Source: a virus (lineage: Duplodnaviria; Heunggongvirae; Uroviricota; Caudoviricetes). From it: DNA of 46,725 nt. The position numbers and the translations under genes were made by a program. Of the stretch, positions 1-8,788 are shown in pieces. Numbering within the stretch: the stretch's first letter is position 1; the number at the start of each line of letters is the position of its first letter. The stretch lies in the IMG/VR virus record IMGVR_UViG_2684622578_000003; one strand, given 5' to 3'. Under the pieces are notes generated by a model that made no database searches, had not been told where the DNA came from, and was given only the letters and a program-made list of their open reading frames with translations.

Positions 1-19
1 CTATTTGATAAATATTAAA

Positions 20-1315
20 TTAATTTTTCATTGCTTCGTTATGGGGCATGGTTGGGGCAAACTCGCTTAACTGTGTATTTAACAAAGCTACCTGTGCATT
101 ATTGTTTTCAGACATCCATTTTCCGTATACCTGAAATACCATTTGCGCATCTGCATGGCCCATCTGGTTTGCTATAAATGCCGGGTTAGCACCAGCTGTC
201 AGCGACCAGCAGGCATAAGTATGTCTCGACTGATATGATTTTCGATGGCGGAGTCCGGCACGTTTTATCGCTGCGTCCCACATCTGCCTTATTGAGTCAA
301 CGGTAAAATGGTCACCATAATTTTTTACTCTCGCTGACACTTCAGGTTGAAAAACAAAGGTGCATTTTTGTTTTTCTGTTCTGCCATACTCTCTGAGGTG
401 AACATCAATGATATGCTCTTTGCTCAGTCTCGTTAATGTCATCTGACTCCGGAGAGCGTCGATTGCTGGCTTAATAAGATGAATGACCCGATTGGTTCCC
501 GCCTGTGTTTTTGGTACCGTGAAACGGTCTTTTGCTAAATTTCTCCTGATCATCATTGTTCCATTTTTCAGATCTATGTCCTCCCATCCAAGTGCACACA
601 GCTCACCAGGGCGAACGCCAGTATAAACAGAAACACACCATAAATTTTTTGCTTGCTGATTTCTGCACGCATCGATAAGACGGATAAATTCTTCCCGCGA
701 AAGAGGATCCGGAATGGTTCTTGATTCCTTTAATGGCGAGATCCCCTTAAACGGATTATCTGCCAGGTAACCGTTATCAACACCAAACTGGAACACGGCG
801 TTAAGATTTGTCATGTAATTATTTACAGTTACAGCCGATCTCCCTGGTTGTGTAACAATATAGTTACTTTTGGGGATCTGGTATCCAGTCAGTAACTCTT
901 TACGAGCCTCCAGTAATTTTTCTTTATTAATCGATGAGGCAAGATTTTTTTCACCGATTATGCTCAGGATATTTTTGATGACGGCACGGTATGTGTTGAG
1001 TGATGTTTTGGCGACTTCAGTTTCTTTCAGTGCCAGAAATTTTTCAGCCAGTTCTTTTATGGTTAAATCTTGTCGGGCCTCACCAAATTTTTCCAGATTG
1101 CGTGAGGAGGGAAACTGTTTTGCATAGTCGAAAACACCAGTTTTTATTGCGTAACAAACAGAGGAGCGTAGTTCACCTGCAACGCGCCTGTTTTTTGCTG
1201 TGTCAGGAACCCCCAGATTTTCCCTGACTCTTACGCCTTTATAAACAAACCAGATACGTAATTTCCCTCCATGGTTTTCCACGCCTGTCGGATATTTCAT
1301 TTCAACTTCTCTCAT
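20..1315 (-). CDS. int: Phage tyrosine integrase (site-specific recombinase)
   Basis: 431-aa ORF with C-terminal catalytic region ending in an RHTYACW-type tyrosine motif; adjacent to an excisionase-like gene; likely true start at MKYPTG (nt 1300). Confidence 0.9.
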   Translation of the reverse strand: MREVEMKYPTGVENHGGKLRIWFVYKGVRVRENLGVPDTAKNRRVAGELRSSVCYAIKTGVFDYAKQFPSSRNLEKFGEARQDLTIKELAEKFLALKETEVAKTSLNTYRAVIKNILSIIGEKNLASSINKEKLLEARKELLTGYQIPKSNYIVTQPGRSAVTVNNYMTNLNAVFQFGVDNGYLADNPFKGISPLKESRTIPDPLSREEFIRLIDACRNQQAKNLWCVSVYTGVRPGELCALGWEDIDLKNGTMMIRRNLAKDRFTVPKTQAGTNRVIHLIKPAIDALRSQMTLTRLSKEHIIDVHLREYGRTEKQKCTFVFQPEVSARVKNYGDHFTVDSIRQMWDAAIKRAGLRHRKSYQSRHTYACWSLTAGANPAFIANQMGHADAQMVFQVYGKWMSENNNAQVALLNTQLSEFAPTMPHNEAMKN

Positions 1316-1334
1316 TAGTTAGTGTGGCTTTTAG

Positions 1335-1586
1335 TCAAGTAAGATGACGTCTTGGTCTCGCTGATGCCTGGCGCTCAATCCAGCGATCAATTTCTTCCAG
1401 GTTGTAAAAGCATGGACTGTTATCCCATGGCATACCGTCATGAGCGACATGCTTATATTCCCTTCCTTCCATAAACGATTTTTCCCGGGCCTTTTTTAAC
1501 GTACCTTTTTTTATTCCTTTCAGCGCAATTAACTGCTCTTCGGATACCCATTTGCCGGGAGAGACAATCATGATTACTTCGCTCAT
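1335..1586 (-). CDS. xis: Excisionase-like small DNA-binding protein
   Basis: 83-aa basic ORF immediately upstream of int on the same strand, 19 nt gap; position and size typical for Xis. Confidence 0.55.
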   Translation of the reverse strand: MSEVIMIVSPGKWVSEEQLIALKGIKKGTLKKAREKSFMEGREYKHVAHDGMPWDNSPCFYNLEEIDRWIERQASARPRRHLT

Positions 1587-1658
1587 CGATTTCTTTATCT
1601 CTTACATCAGACGAGCGCCGGTTGCAGAATACCAGTCACAACCGGCGACAGTTGAACA

Positions 1659-4136
1659 TTAAGAATCAGCCTGACTCGGGATCAGTTTTTGCCAGATAAC
1701 TGAAACGTATTTTGCCTGGTAACGGGCGTCATCAAGTGCATTATGGCGCTCACCTTCGAATGGAATAGCCGTTCTGGCATCGAAGTCTATGGCTTTCCCC
1801 AGCTCAACGATTGTGCGTACATCGCGATCGTTGTAGTAACGCCACGGGCAGGGGATCCCCTGCCGCTCGTATGAACGGCGCAAAATCGTGTTGTCGAAGT
1901 TGGCTCCATTTCCCCAGACCTGAACAAAAAATTCACCGGAGTTTTCGTCGATAAATTCCCGCAATTGTAACAGTGCATCATCTAACGGGATTTCATCGGT
2001 CATAATGGCAGATTGCGCTTCGCGGGATTGCTTAAGCCACCATTTAATGGTGTCCCGATCAATGACTCCGCCAGCAGTTTCCAGATCGATAGTCTTACTA
2101 AATTCCGGTCCCATATCTCCGGTTTGCGGATCGAAAAATATTGCACCTATTGAGATGATCGGGGCATCAGGATTTTTTCCCATGGTTTCAAGGTCGATCA
2201 TTAGATGGTCACACGTCCTGCTGGTGGATGTGATTTCGTGATGACCGTTCACCTTAATTGAGCGATCTGCCGTCTCGCCAGTTTCATTATCGCTATTGTG
2301 ATGCTGATTGCCGCCAGTGTTCTCCTTGTGTGGATGTTCAGCGCCTTCCATTTCCTCCGGATCATCTTCCTGAACTTCAACCTGATACTCTTCATCGAAT
2401 GTTTCTTGGTATGTTGCGTCGCCCATCACCGCGCCACAATCAGGGCAGTTGCCGCCGCCGGTCTGACCGCAGGCGGTGCAGACTTTTTCCACTTCCTGTT
2501 GCGCCACTGGTTCAGGCTGTTTCGTTTCTGGCTCGTTTTGTAACGCATTTGGACTGTTTTGTTCCGCTTTTTGGTAGTTCCGTTCCGATTCATGCTGGTT
2601 CTGGTTCACAGAATCGCGGGTCTGGATCCCCTTAACCCATTTCGGATCATTCGGGTCACTAATCCCTTCAACAAATTCACCACGTGATGCAGCAAGCAAC
2701 TTATCGGCGTCAGGCTGGCTGATATTGGCTGCCTGCATAATTTTGTTTACTTCGTCAGCGGTAACTTTTATCGGCTCTGGTTGTTCTGAATCTTCAGCGG
2801 TATCTACATTTTGCGGTAAGCCCGTGTATGTGCCATTTTTTCGGGCAAAATATTCTTCTTTTGTGATTTCAGTGGCGCCAGCAGCCAGTGCCTTATCCAG
2901 ACCAGAAAGTTTGTTTGCGCGACCGTATTTTTCTCCGTCCTTATCTGCGAAGAGGAAATAGAACGGCCCCTCACGCTCTACAGATGGTTCAGCTTCCGGC
3001 GCGGTTTCATTTTTTGGGATATCAGATACCTCAGTTTCCACTGCATCAGTTTGTGTTTCTGATGACTGGAGAACATCAACAGTGCTCAGGTCTGTTTCTT
3101 CATTCTCAAACACGCCCTTTGTCGTCAGGTATTCGCAGATATATTTGTTCAGTGCTACGGGATCTTTGTGAATGTCGATCGGACGCTCACGGACAAGGCC
3201 AAAAATAGTTTGGCGGTCGTAGCGAAGGGCATCAGGCTGTTTGCGCATTGATGCCGAGATACGCTTCCAGTCTTCGCGGTCGTTGTCGATAACTTCTTTT
3301 TTTGCCCAGCGATGGATGCTGCCGTCAATGTTTCCGGCATCCACATCACCAGGCCAGAGAGCGTAGGCCAGTTCGTCATCCAGTGTTTTCCATGTCTGCT
3401 TGTATTCGCGATGAATGGCAGCAATGACCGGGCTGATTTTTCCTGTTGAATTTTCAGTGTACTGTTGATTGGCTTTGGCGCGGGCGAGATCAACAACAGA
3501 CGTGTATTTTCCGGTTTCCTTGCGTTCACCTTCGCGACGTTTTTTCCAGATGCGCATCTCTGCCTGAATTTCGGGCCATTTAGCACCAGGAATACATTTA
3601 TGCTTAACCCACCCAATGGCGTGCAACTTAAGCTCCGGATACATGGCGTTAACTTCTGGCATTTTCATCAACGCTTCAACGATATGTCCGTCGAATGTTG
3701 CCATGTCTTCCTGCAACAATTCCTGTGCGCTAATAACCATATCAACGGTGATGTTTTCACATGTGTCGAACTTAACCATGACAGCGTTCTGTACTTCAGG
3801 GGCCAGCTTGTCAAAAGTGACGTTCATCGGATCGGATTCAGTCTCAACCGGGACAAAAGAAGCAGACTCCTCATCCCAGCGGTTTTCCTGCATATATTCA
3901 GCATCCCATGAATCGAGGGCAGGGCGGGGTATGCCAGGTTTATCCTCGCAGACAATAAATTTATAAGCGCAGTCCTGAGCAGCCGGATAATGTTCCAGGA
4001 ACTGCCAGTGAAATTTTGCTCGAGCACGGCGTTCGTCGCCAGCTTCAATGGCTGTGGCTACAGCCACAGCCACAGCGCCTTCTTCCCTTGTTGCCAGTTC
4101 GTCAGGAATAGCGGCGCAAATAAAGACTTTACTCAT
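1659..4136 (-). CDS. Large exonuclease, RecE/ExoVIII-like central region with C-terminal DEDDh-type 3'-5' exonuclease signature (full-length ydfE-like)
   Basis: 825-aa ORF; central segment KLLAASRGEFVEGISDPNDPKWVKGIQTRD recalled from RecE; C-terminus has DLETMG ... HNALDDARY motifs typical of DnaQ-like exonucleases; CTACGQTGGGNCPDCG zinc-ribbon-like motif. Confidence 0.7.
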   Translation of the reverse strand: MSKVFICAAIPDELATREEGAVAVAVATAIEAGDERRARAKFHWQFLEHYPAAQDCAYKFIVCEDKPGIPRPALDSWDAEYMQENRWDEESASFVPVETESDPMNVTFDKLAPEVQNAVMVKFDTCENITVDMVISAQELLQEDMATFDGHIVEALMKMPEVNAMYPELKLHAIGWVKHKCIPGAKWPEIQAEMRIWKKRREGERKETGKYTSVVDLARAKANQQYTENSTGKISPVIAAIHREYKQTWKTLDDELAYALWPGDVDAGNIDGSIHRWAKKEVIDNDREDWKRISASMRKQPDALRYDRQTIFGLVRERPIDIHKDPVALNKYICEYLTTKGVFENEETDLSTVDVLQSSETQTDAVETEVSDIPKNETAPEAEPSVEREGPFYFLFADKDGEKYGRANKLSGLDKALAAGATEITKEEYFARKNGTYTGLPQNVDTAEDSEQPEPIKVTADEVNKIMQAANISQPDADKLLAASRGEFVEGISDPNDPKWVKGIQTRDSVNQNQHESERNYQKAEQNSPNALQNEPETKQPEPVAQQEVEKVCTACGQTGGGNCPDCGAVMGDATYQETFDEEYQVEVQEDDPEEMEGAEHPHKENTGGNQHHNSDNETGETADRSIKVNGHHEITSTSRTCDHLMIDLETMGKNPDAPIISIGAIFFDPQTGDMGPEFSKTIDLETAGGVIDRDTIKWWLKQSREAQSAIMTDEIPLDDALLQLREFIDENSGEFFVQVWGNGANFDNTILRRSYERQGIPCPWRYYNDRDVRTIVELGKAIDFDARTAIPFEGERHNALDDARYQAKYVSVIWQKLIPSQADS

Positions 4137-4229
4137 TTTGTTTTAACCTCATGACAGATTTAAGGATGAACAAATCCCTGCCATTGCTGGCATATAAGAA
4201 TGAAACCGGATATTTATTACGGAACTGTT

Positions 4230-4421
4230 TTAAAGACCTGCCGGGATTTCGATATTATCCTGGTGAATAACTTTATCGACCGGGTAACAGTTACCGGGAA
4301 TTTTCTGTTCGGTTGCTGCAGTCATACACTCCTGCATTGTCCTGTGAACACTGACTGCAATATCAACTGGCTCTCCGGAAACAAGAAAAACTGTCAGAAC
4401 AAGCGCAAATGCTGAATTCAT
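4230..4421 (-). CDS. ydfD: YdfD-like small membrane lysis protein
   Basis: 63-aa product from internal Met (MNSAFALVLTVFLVSGEPV...) with N-terminal hydrophobic helix; start ATG overlaps dicB stop (ATGA). Confidence 0.6.
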   Translation of the reverse strand: MNSAFALVLTVFLVSGEPVDIAVSVHRTMQECMTAATEQKIPGNCYPVDKVIHQDNIEIPAGL

Positions 4422-4606
4422 TGTGCACATCCTTTTGGCATCAGACGTAAACGAGCCAGCATTGAAACAATGCATATTTTATTTAATAGCTCCCGTTCTT
4501 GTTTTCTCTTGTTAATGGCATCTTCAGTAAATACAGGGTTACTGATAGTGACACCAATTTCAAAACAACCTTCAGACGTATTAACGTTTGGTAATAACGT
4601 TTTCAT
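4418..4606 (-). CDS. dicB: Cell division inhibitor DicB (MinC-activating)
   Basis: 62-aa product MKTLLPNVNTSEGCFEIGVTISNPVFTEDAINKRKQERELLNKICIVSMLARLRLMPKGCAQ matches my recollection of DicB; GAGGA RBS upstream of ATG at 4606. Confidence 0.8.
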   Translation of the reverse strand: MKTLLPNVNTSEGCFEIGVTISNPVFTEDAINKRKQERELLNKICIVSMLARLRLMPKGCAQ

Positions 4607-4780
4607 TATCGCGTCCTCAACAATGAATTTTGTGATGCAGTGCCTGGTGCCTCCAGGTGACGTTAACCAGTTAACAATTAACGCCGGATACAGAGAATCC
4701 ACCCATAACACTGTTTTTGGTTTTAACTGTTCCGCGTGCGCTTAGCCGCATTCACCGCATCACAAAATTCACTTTAAAAA

Positions 4781-4833
4781 CGGCGGTAGAGCAGTCACGG
4801 AGTAAAACTGATACTGCCAAACGTCACCAGAAA
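4781..4833 (-). ncRNA. dicF: DicF small RNA (ftsZ-targeting sRNA processed from the dicB operon transcript)
   Basis: Minus-strand sequence TTTCTGGTGACGTTTGGCAGTATCAGTTTTACTCCGTGACTGCTCTACCGCCG followed by a T-run; near-identical to recalled 53-nt DicF; located upstream of dicB as in Qin. Confidence 0.7.
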
Positions 4834-5092
4834 ATTGATAACAGAGGGCGTTGCAGCGGGGTTGTCACTTAAGCGTATGGTCAACCTGACAACTCGGTGT
4901 CCTCAACGGGGAAGGAATAACCCCGCCATACTTACCGCCGCGCCATTTCGCGGGTTGCCACAACCGGAAGCGCACGGTCGAATTAAATTTAACGACACCG
5001 TACAGTGAGACGAACTTCGCCGTGCGCTTTCGTGTTGTGTGCCTGCTTTTAACCACGTCAGGCGAGGTGGTATCCTTAAAATCACCACAGTT

Positions 5093-5668
5093 TTAAGGAT
5101 TCATTAAGCAATGTCGCAACCACCAATAAATCCGCTTAAGAACATGAAAATTGATTACTGGTATAAAGCGCTTACAGTTGTTGGCGCTGCGTTGTTTGTC
5201 TTTAATGGAACGTCTTTTTTTGACAGATATCCCGTTGTTCCATTGGGTTTTTTGTCCTCCGGCATCTTTTTTATTGGTTTGGGGGAGTGGATTAATCACC
5301 CTCTCAAGGTGAGATTTATTGGTCCTGGAGTTTGGACTCGTGGATATAATCGTTCTTCGTGCGCACTCGGTATCATCTTCGACATACTTGGTTGTTTCCT
5401 GATTGTTACAGGAGTCGTCAAGTTCTTCTGATGTAAAACCGCAAATGGGGCACGTAACGGGAATTTTGAAAAGCGTTTCTCCGGGTTCCAGAACAAAATT
5501 TTCTGCGGTCTGATTTTGCTTCTCATATTTGTGCTCCGCGTCATTGTGAGAGCACATTCTTATTCTGAGTGCCTGTTTAAACTCACTGAAGCTGAGAGCT
5601 TCTTCGCCTTCGGCAAGGCCTTCGAAGTATTCTTCGTAAGCCTTTTCCATGATTGTGTCGAAATCCAT
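5093..5668 (-). CDS. Hypothetical protein of the dicB operon (ydfB/ydfC region), with CPICGF...C motif
   Basis: ORF in operon orientation; AGGTGA RBS before ATG at 5668 (MDFDTIMEKAYEEYF...), start 1 nt after ydfA stop; C-terminal half is low complexity and overlaps an antisense TM-like ORF, so extent is uncertain. Confidence 0.4.
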   Translation of the reverse strand: MDFDTIMEKAYEEYFEGLAEGEEALSFSEFKQALRIRMCSHNDAEHKYEKQNQTAENFVLEPGETLFKIPVTCPICGFTSEELDDSCNNQETTKYVEDDTECARRTIISTSPNSRTNKSHLERVINPLPQTNKKDAGGQKTQWNNGISVKKRRSIKDKQRSANNCKRFIPVINFHVLKRIYWWLRHCLMNP

Positions 5669-5669
5669 A

Positions 5670-5825
5670 TCACTCACCTGAGTTTCTTTCCAGCCAGCGA
5701 CGGGCACCATTTTCGGTTTTAAACGTTTTGCTTTTGGTATACGTCATCGCGGTGAACGTGCCGTCCTGGTTGGGGAACACGCCACATACCAGAGATTCGC
5801 TGTTGCCAAGATCGATAGTATCCAT
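5670..5825 (-). CDS. ydfA: YdfA-like small protein, first gene of the dicB operon
   Basis: 51-aa product MDTIDLGNSESLVCGVFPNQDGTFTAMTYTKSKTFKTENGARRWLERNSGE; size and position match recalled ydfA. Confidence 0.6.
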   Translation of the reverse strand: MDTIDLGNSESLVCGVFPNQDGTFTAMTYTKSKTFKTENGARRWLERNSGE

Positions 5826-5829
5826 GCTG

Positions 5830-5990
5830 ACCTCATTTCCCCTTAACGCCGGGGTGGCGGAACTGTTTGCTGAGAACACCGTGCGGTGTGTTGATGTAAA
5901 CAAGATTAGCCATGACTAACATATTGGTCAAGTGATTTTGTATGTTATGGCTAACATAATTGATATAATAAAAGATAACTCATTGATGAT
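5830..5990 (-). promoter_or_regulatory. PdicB-like leftward early promoter region with DicA operator palindrome
   Basis: Near-palindrome TTAGCCATGACTAA at 5906..5919 plus related half-site GGCTAACAT at 5945..5957, between dicA 3' end and ydfA; same motif recurs in the dicA-dicC intergenic region. Confidence 0.5.
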
Positions 5991-5991
5991 G

Positions 5992-6399
5992 TTATCTTTT
6001 ATTTGTCCGCTGACGGGCTTTTAGTAATTCTTCAAAGAGTTTATTGAAATTTTTTACTCGAGCTCGCATTTCGGCGAGCTGGGTATCCTGTTCTGATTCT
6101 GGCAGTGCATTAAACAGCTCAAGGAGCTCTAGTTCTTTGGGGGCTAAGGCAACCGGCTTCTCAACAGGTGGTGTTGGTTGCTTGTCTTCATCGCCAAATA
6201 GAATCCATGTTGGTGAGCATTGCAATACTTTGCTGAGGGCAAAAAGGTTCTTCCCTGTAGGTTCACTATCATCCCGTTCCCATTGTGATACAGACACATG
6301 GGAGATTTTCAGGGCTTTAGCAAGAGACCTTTGGGTGTGTTTGAGGTTTTTCCGACGATACCTAATGCGTTCGCCGATGGTTAAATTTTTTGTATCCAT
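5992..6399 (-). CDS. dicA: Prophage repressor DicA (XRE-family HTH)
   Basis: 135-aa ORF MDTKNLTIGERIRYRRKNLKHTQRSLAKALKISHVSVSQWERDDSEP... with HTH; matches recalled DicA; divergent from a Cro-like gene. Confidence 0.85.
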   Translation of the reverse strand: MDTKNLTIGERIRYRRKNLKHTQRSLAKALKISHVSVSQWERDDSEPTGKNLFALSKVLQCSPTWILFGDEDKQPTPPVEKPVALAPKELELLELFNALPESEQDTQLAEMRARVKNFNKLFEELLKARQRTNKR

Positions 6400-6482
6400 A
6401 GTTAGCTAATGCTAAATCGTATTAACTATGTTTTTGTTAACATCTATTTTGTTAGTCATGACTAACATCTAAGGTGTTTTAA
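6400..6482. promoter_or_regulatory. Divergent dicA/dicC promoter-operator region
   Basis: Perfect 14-bp palindrome TTAGTCATGACTAA at 6452..6465 and related TTAGCTAATGCTAA near 6405..6418 between divergent repressor genes. Confidence 0.55.
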
Positions 6483-6713
6483 ATGCTTAAAACTGACGCT
6501 CTTTTGTATTTCGGTTCAAAAACAAAACTTGCACAAGCAGCAGGTATTCGTTTGGCTTCGCTTTATAGCTGGAAAGGGGATTTAGTTCCCGAAGGTCGCG
6601 CGATGCGTCTACAGGAGGCATCTGGCGGGGAGCTTCAGTATGATCCCAAAGTTTATGACGAATATCGTAAGACGAAGCGGGCGGGGCGGTTGAACAATGA
6701 AAATCACTCCTGA
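6483..6713 (+). CDS. dicC: Cro-like regulator DicC
   Basis: 76-aa ORF divergent from dicA; sequence and length match recalled DicC. Confidence 0.8.
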   Translation: MLKTDALLYFGSKTKLAQAAGIRLASLYSWKGDLVPEGRAMRLQEASGGELQYDPKVYDEYRKTKRAGRLNNENHS

Positions 6714-7218
6714 ACAGGCTCGTGAGGCTCTGGATGCCTGGATATGTCGACCAGGAATGACACAGGAGCAGGCGACGATATTAATCACTGAAGCATTCTG
6801 GGCTTTGAAAGAGCGCCCGAACATCGATGTTCAGCGTGTCACATATGAAGGTGGCGCGGTTGATCAGCGAGCGCTTAGCGTTAATCGAGTGAAGATATTT
6901 GAACGCTGGAAGGCTATCGACACCAGGGATAAGCGTGAAAAGTTCACAGCGCTAGTGCCTGCAATTATGGAGGCTATCCGGATTAGTGATTTCAGGTTGT
7001 ATCGTGAAATTAGTGACGGAAAGAGCATTACGTACATGATCGCTGGGTTAAATAAAGAATATGGCGATGTGGTGGAGTCCGGACTGCTTTTTGCAGATCC
7101 TGCCGTTGTAGATCGTGAAACTGACGAACTTATAGAAAAAGCAATTGCTTTCAAGCTTGCGTATCGACAGCAATACCAACAAAAAGCTGGATGGAATTAT
7201 GAGTCTTCTTTTTGCTGA
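6697..7218 (+). CDS. Hypothetical early protein in the cII position (possibly YdaT-like)
   Basis: 173-aa ORF overlapping dicC end by 17 nt; no motif recognised; position analogous to cII. Confidence 0.45.
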   Translation: MKITPEQAREALDAWICRPGMTQEQATILITEAFWALKERPNIDVQRVTYEGGAVDQRALSVNRVKIFERWKAIDTRDKREKFTALVPAIMEAIRISDFRLYREISDGKSITYMIAGLNKEYGDVVESGLLFADPAVVDRETDELIEKAIAFKLAYRQQYQQKAGWNYESSFC

Positions 7219-8164
7219 ACGCCCACTGGTTATAAACACGCAGCTGGCAATGAAAATCGGCTTAAACGAAGCCATTGTTTTGCAACAACTGCACTACTGG
7301 TTGAGAGATACCAACTCCGGTATGGAATGTGATGGTGTTCGCTGGATTTATAACACAACGGAACAATGGCTGGAACAGTTCCCATTCTGGTCAGAGTCAA
7401 CGTTAAAGCGCGCGTTTGCAAGTCTGAAAACGCTGGGGCTTTTGCGTTGTGAAAAGCTCAATAAATCAAAGCGCGACATGACCAATTTCTACACGATCAA
7501 CTATGGGAGCGAGCTTTTAGATGGTGGCAAATTGAACGAATCCATCGGTTCAAAATGCGCCGCTCCATCAGGTCAAAATGACACGATGGAAGAGGTCAAA
7601 ATGAAACGCTCCATTGGTTCAAAACGACCCAATGTCATCGGGTCAAAATGGCCTGATGATCTTACAGAGAATACAACAGAGATTACTACAGAGAATAAAA
7701 ACACTTTTCGTCCGGAAGCTTCGCAACCGGACCCGCAGACGACTGAACAGGATTTTTTAACCCGGAACCCCGACGCGGTTGTGTTTAGTGTGAAAAAACG
7801 CCAGTGGGGTAGCAGGGAGGATTTGGCGTGTGCGCAGTGGATTTGGGGGCGGATCGTGAACCTTTACGAACAGGCTGCCAGCGACGATGGAGAGATCATG
7901 CGACCAAAAGAGCCTAACTGGACAGCCTGGGCCAATGACGTGCGCACAATGCGGATGCTGGATGGCAGAAGCCATAGACAAATTTGCGAAATGTTTGGTC
8001 GGGTACAGCGGGATCCATTCTGGGTAAAAAACATCATGAGCCCGTCAAAACTCCGCGAAAAATGGGACGAACTGGTCATCCGCCTGGGACGTTCACCTGA
8101 ACAGCGTTGTGTGAATCATATTTCTGAACCGGATACAGAAATTCCGCCTGGTTTCAGAGGATAA
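7199..8164 (+). CDS. Replication initiation protein (lambda O-like, origin embedded in coding sequence)
   Basis: N-terminal region resembles phage replisome-organizer proteins; gene contains 5 direct iteron repeats encoding ESIGSK/RSIGSK/NVIGSK; start taken at MSLLFAERP (ORF track starts at 7145). Confidence 0.65.
   Translation: MSLLFAERPLVINTQLAMKIGLNEAIVLQQLHYWLRDTNSGMECDGVRWIYNTTEQWLEQFPFWSESTLKRAFASLKTLGLLRCEKLNKSKRDMTNFYTINYGSELLDGGKLNESIGSKCAAPSGQNDTMEEVKMKRSIGSKRPNVIGSKWPDDLTENTTEITTENKNTFRPEASQPDPQTTEQDFLTRNPDAVVFSVKKRQWGSREDLACAQWIWGRIVNLYEQAASDDGEIMRPKEPNWTAWANDVRTMRMLDGRSHRQICEMFGRVQRDPFWVKNIMSPSKLREKWDELVIRLGRSPEQRCVNHISEPDTEIPPGFRG
7541..7651 (+). repeat. Replication origin iterons (5 direct repeats, about 17-18 bp, consensus near TCCATCGGTTCAAAATG)
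   Basis: Copies at about 7541, 7563, 7587, 7609 and 7634, followed by an AT-rich tract with ACAGAGA repeats (7661..7710); arrangement like lambda ori within O. Confidence 0.65.
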
Positions 8165-8204
8165 GTTTTGATTTCAGGTCATGAGGTAATTTTAAGGGGG
8201 ACTT

Positions 8205-8606
8205 GTGGCAAAAGTTTTTACACAAGAAGAGCGGGAAAAAATTAAAGGGCAGGTGGTGGAACTCGTGCGCCAGAGTGGTCGTGAGACGTTACGGCAACTG
8301 GAAGCTAAAACAGGTGCGACTAGATATCTGATGAGCGTTCTTGCCAGAGAGCTGGTAGCCAGTGGCGATGTATACAACTCCGGCTACGGGTTATTCCCGT
8401 CTGAACAGGCGCGTAAGGACTGGCAAAACGCCCGCAAAAAACTATCGAGGGCAAAGGTGAAGAAAACAGCTGTGGTTGATCCGGACCTTATCTGGTCGTT
8501 ACCTGATGGAGAAATACGTCGCTACGACAGTCGCCTAAACATAATCTGTCGCGAGTGCCGGATGAGTGAAGTTATGCAGCGCATACTGGCATTTTATCAG
8601 GGATAA
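8205..8606 (+). CDS. Hypothetical protein (GTG start)
   Basis: 133-aa ORF with strong RBS AAGGGGGA 5 nt upstream of GTG; follows the replication gene; no motif recognised. Confidence 0.5.
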   Translation: MAKVFTQEEREKIKGQVVELVRQSGRETLRQLEAKTGATRYLMSVLARELVASGDVYNSGYGLFPSEQARKDWQNARKKLSRAKVKKTAVVDPDLIWSLPDGEIRRYDSRLNIICRECRMSEVMQRILAFYQG

Positions 8607-8788
8607 TGTTAGGTATTTTAGACGTTACTAGATTAAAAAGCATTAGTTCAGGAGTGAATTGACATTCTCATTTTTCATGGCACAGGGTAGATCTGGCGTG
8701 GTTGTCCGCTTTGTGCCAATAGGAGACGCTAGTGACATTATGCTATGTTAACGTATTGCACTAATCCATATTTCGATGGTCAAGATAT

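Noticed and set aside
4865-5088. Two overlapping small minus-strand ORFs between DicF and the upstream operon ORF (4865..5056, 4903..5088)
   Set aside because: Arg-rich, no RBS, mutually overlapping; more likely untranslated DicF precursor sequence, although one could correspond to a ydfC-like gene.
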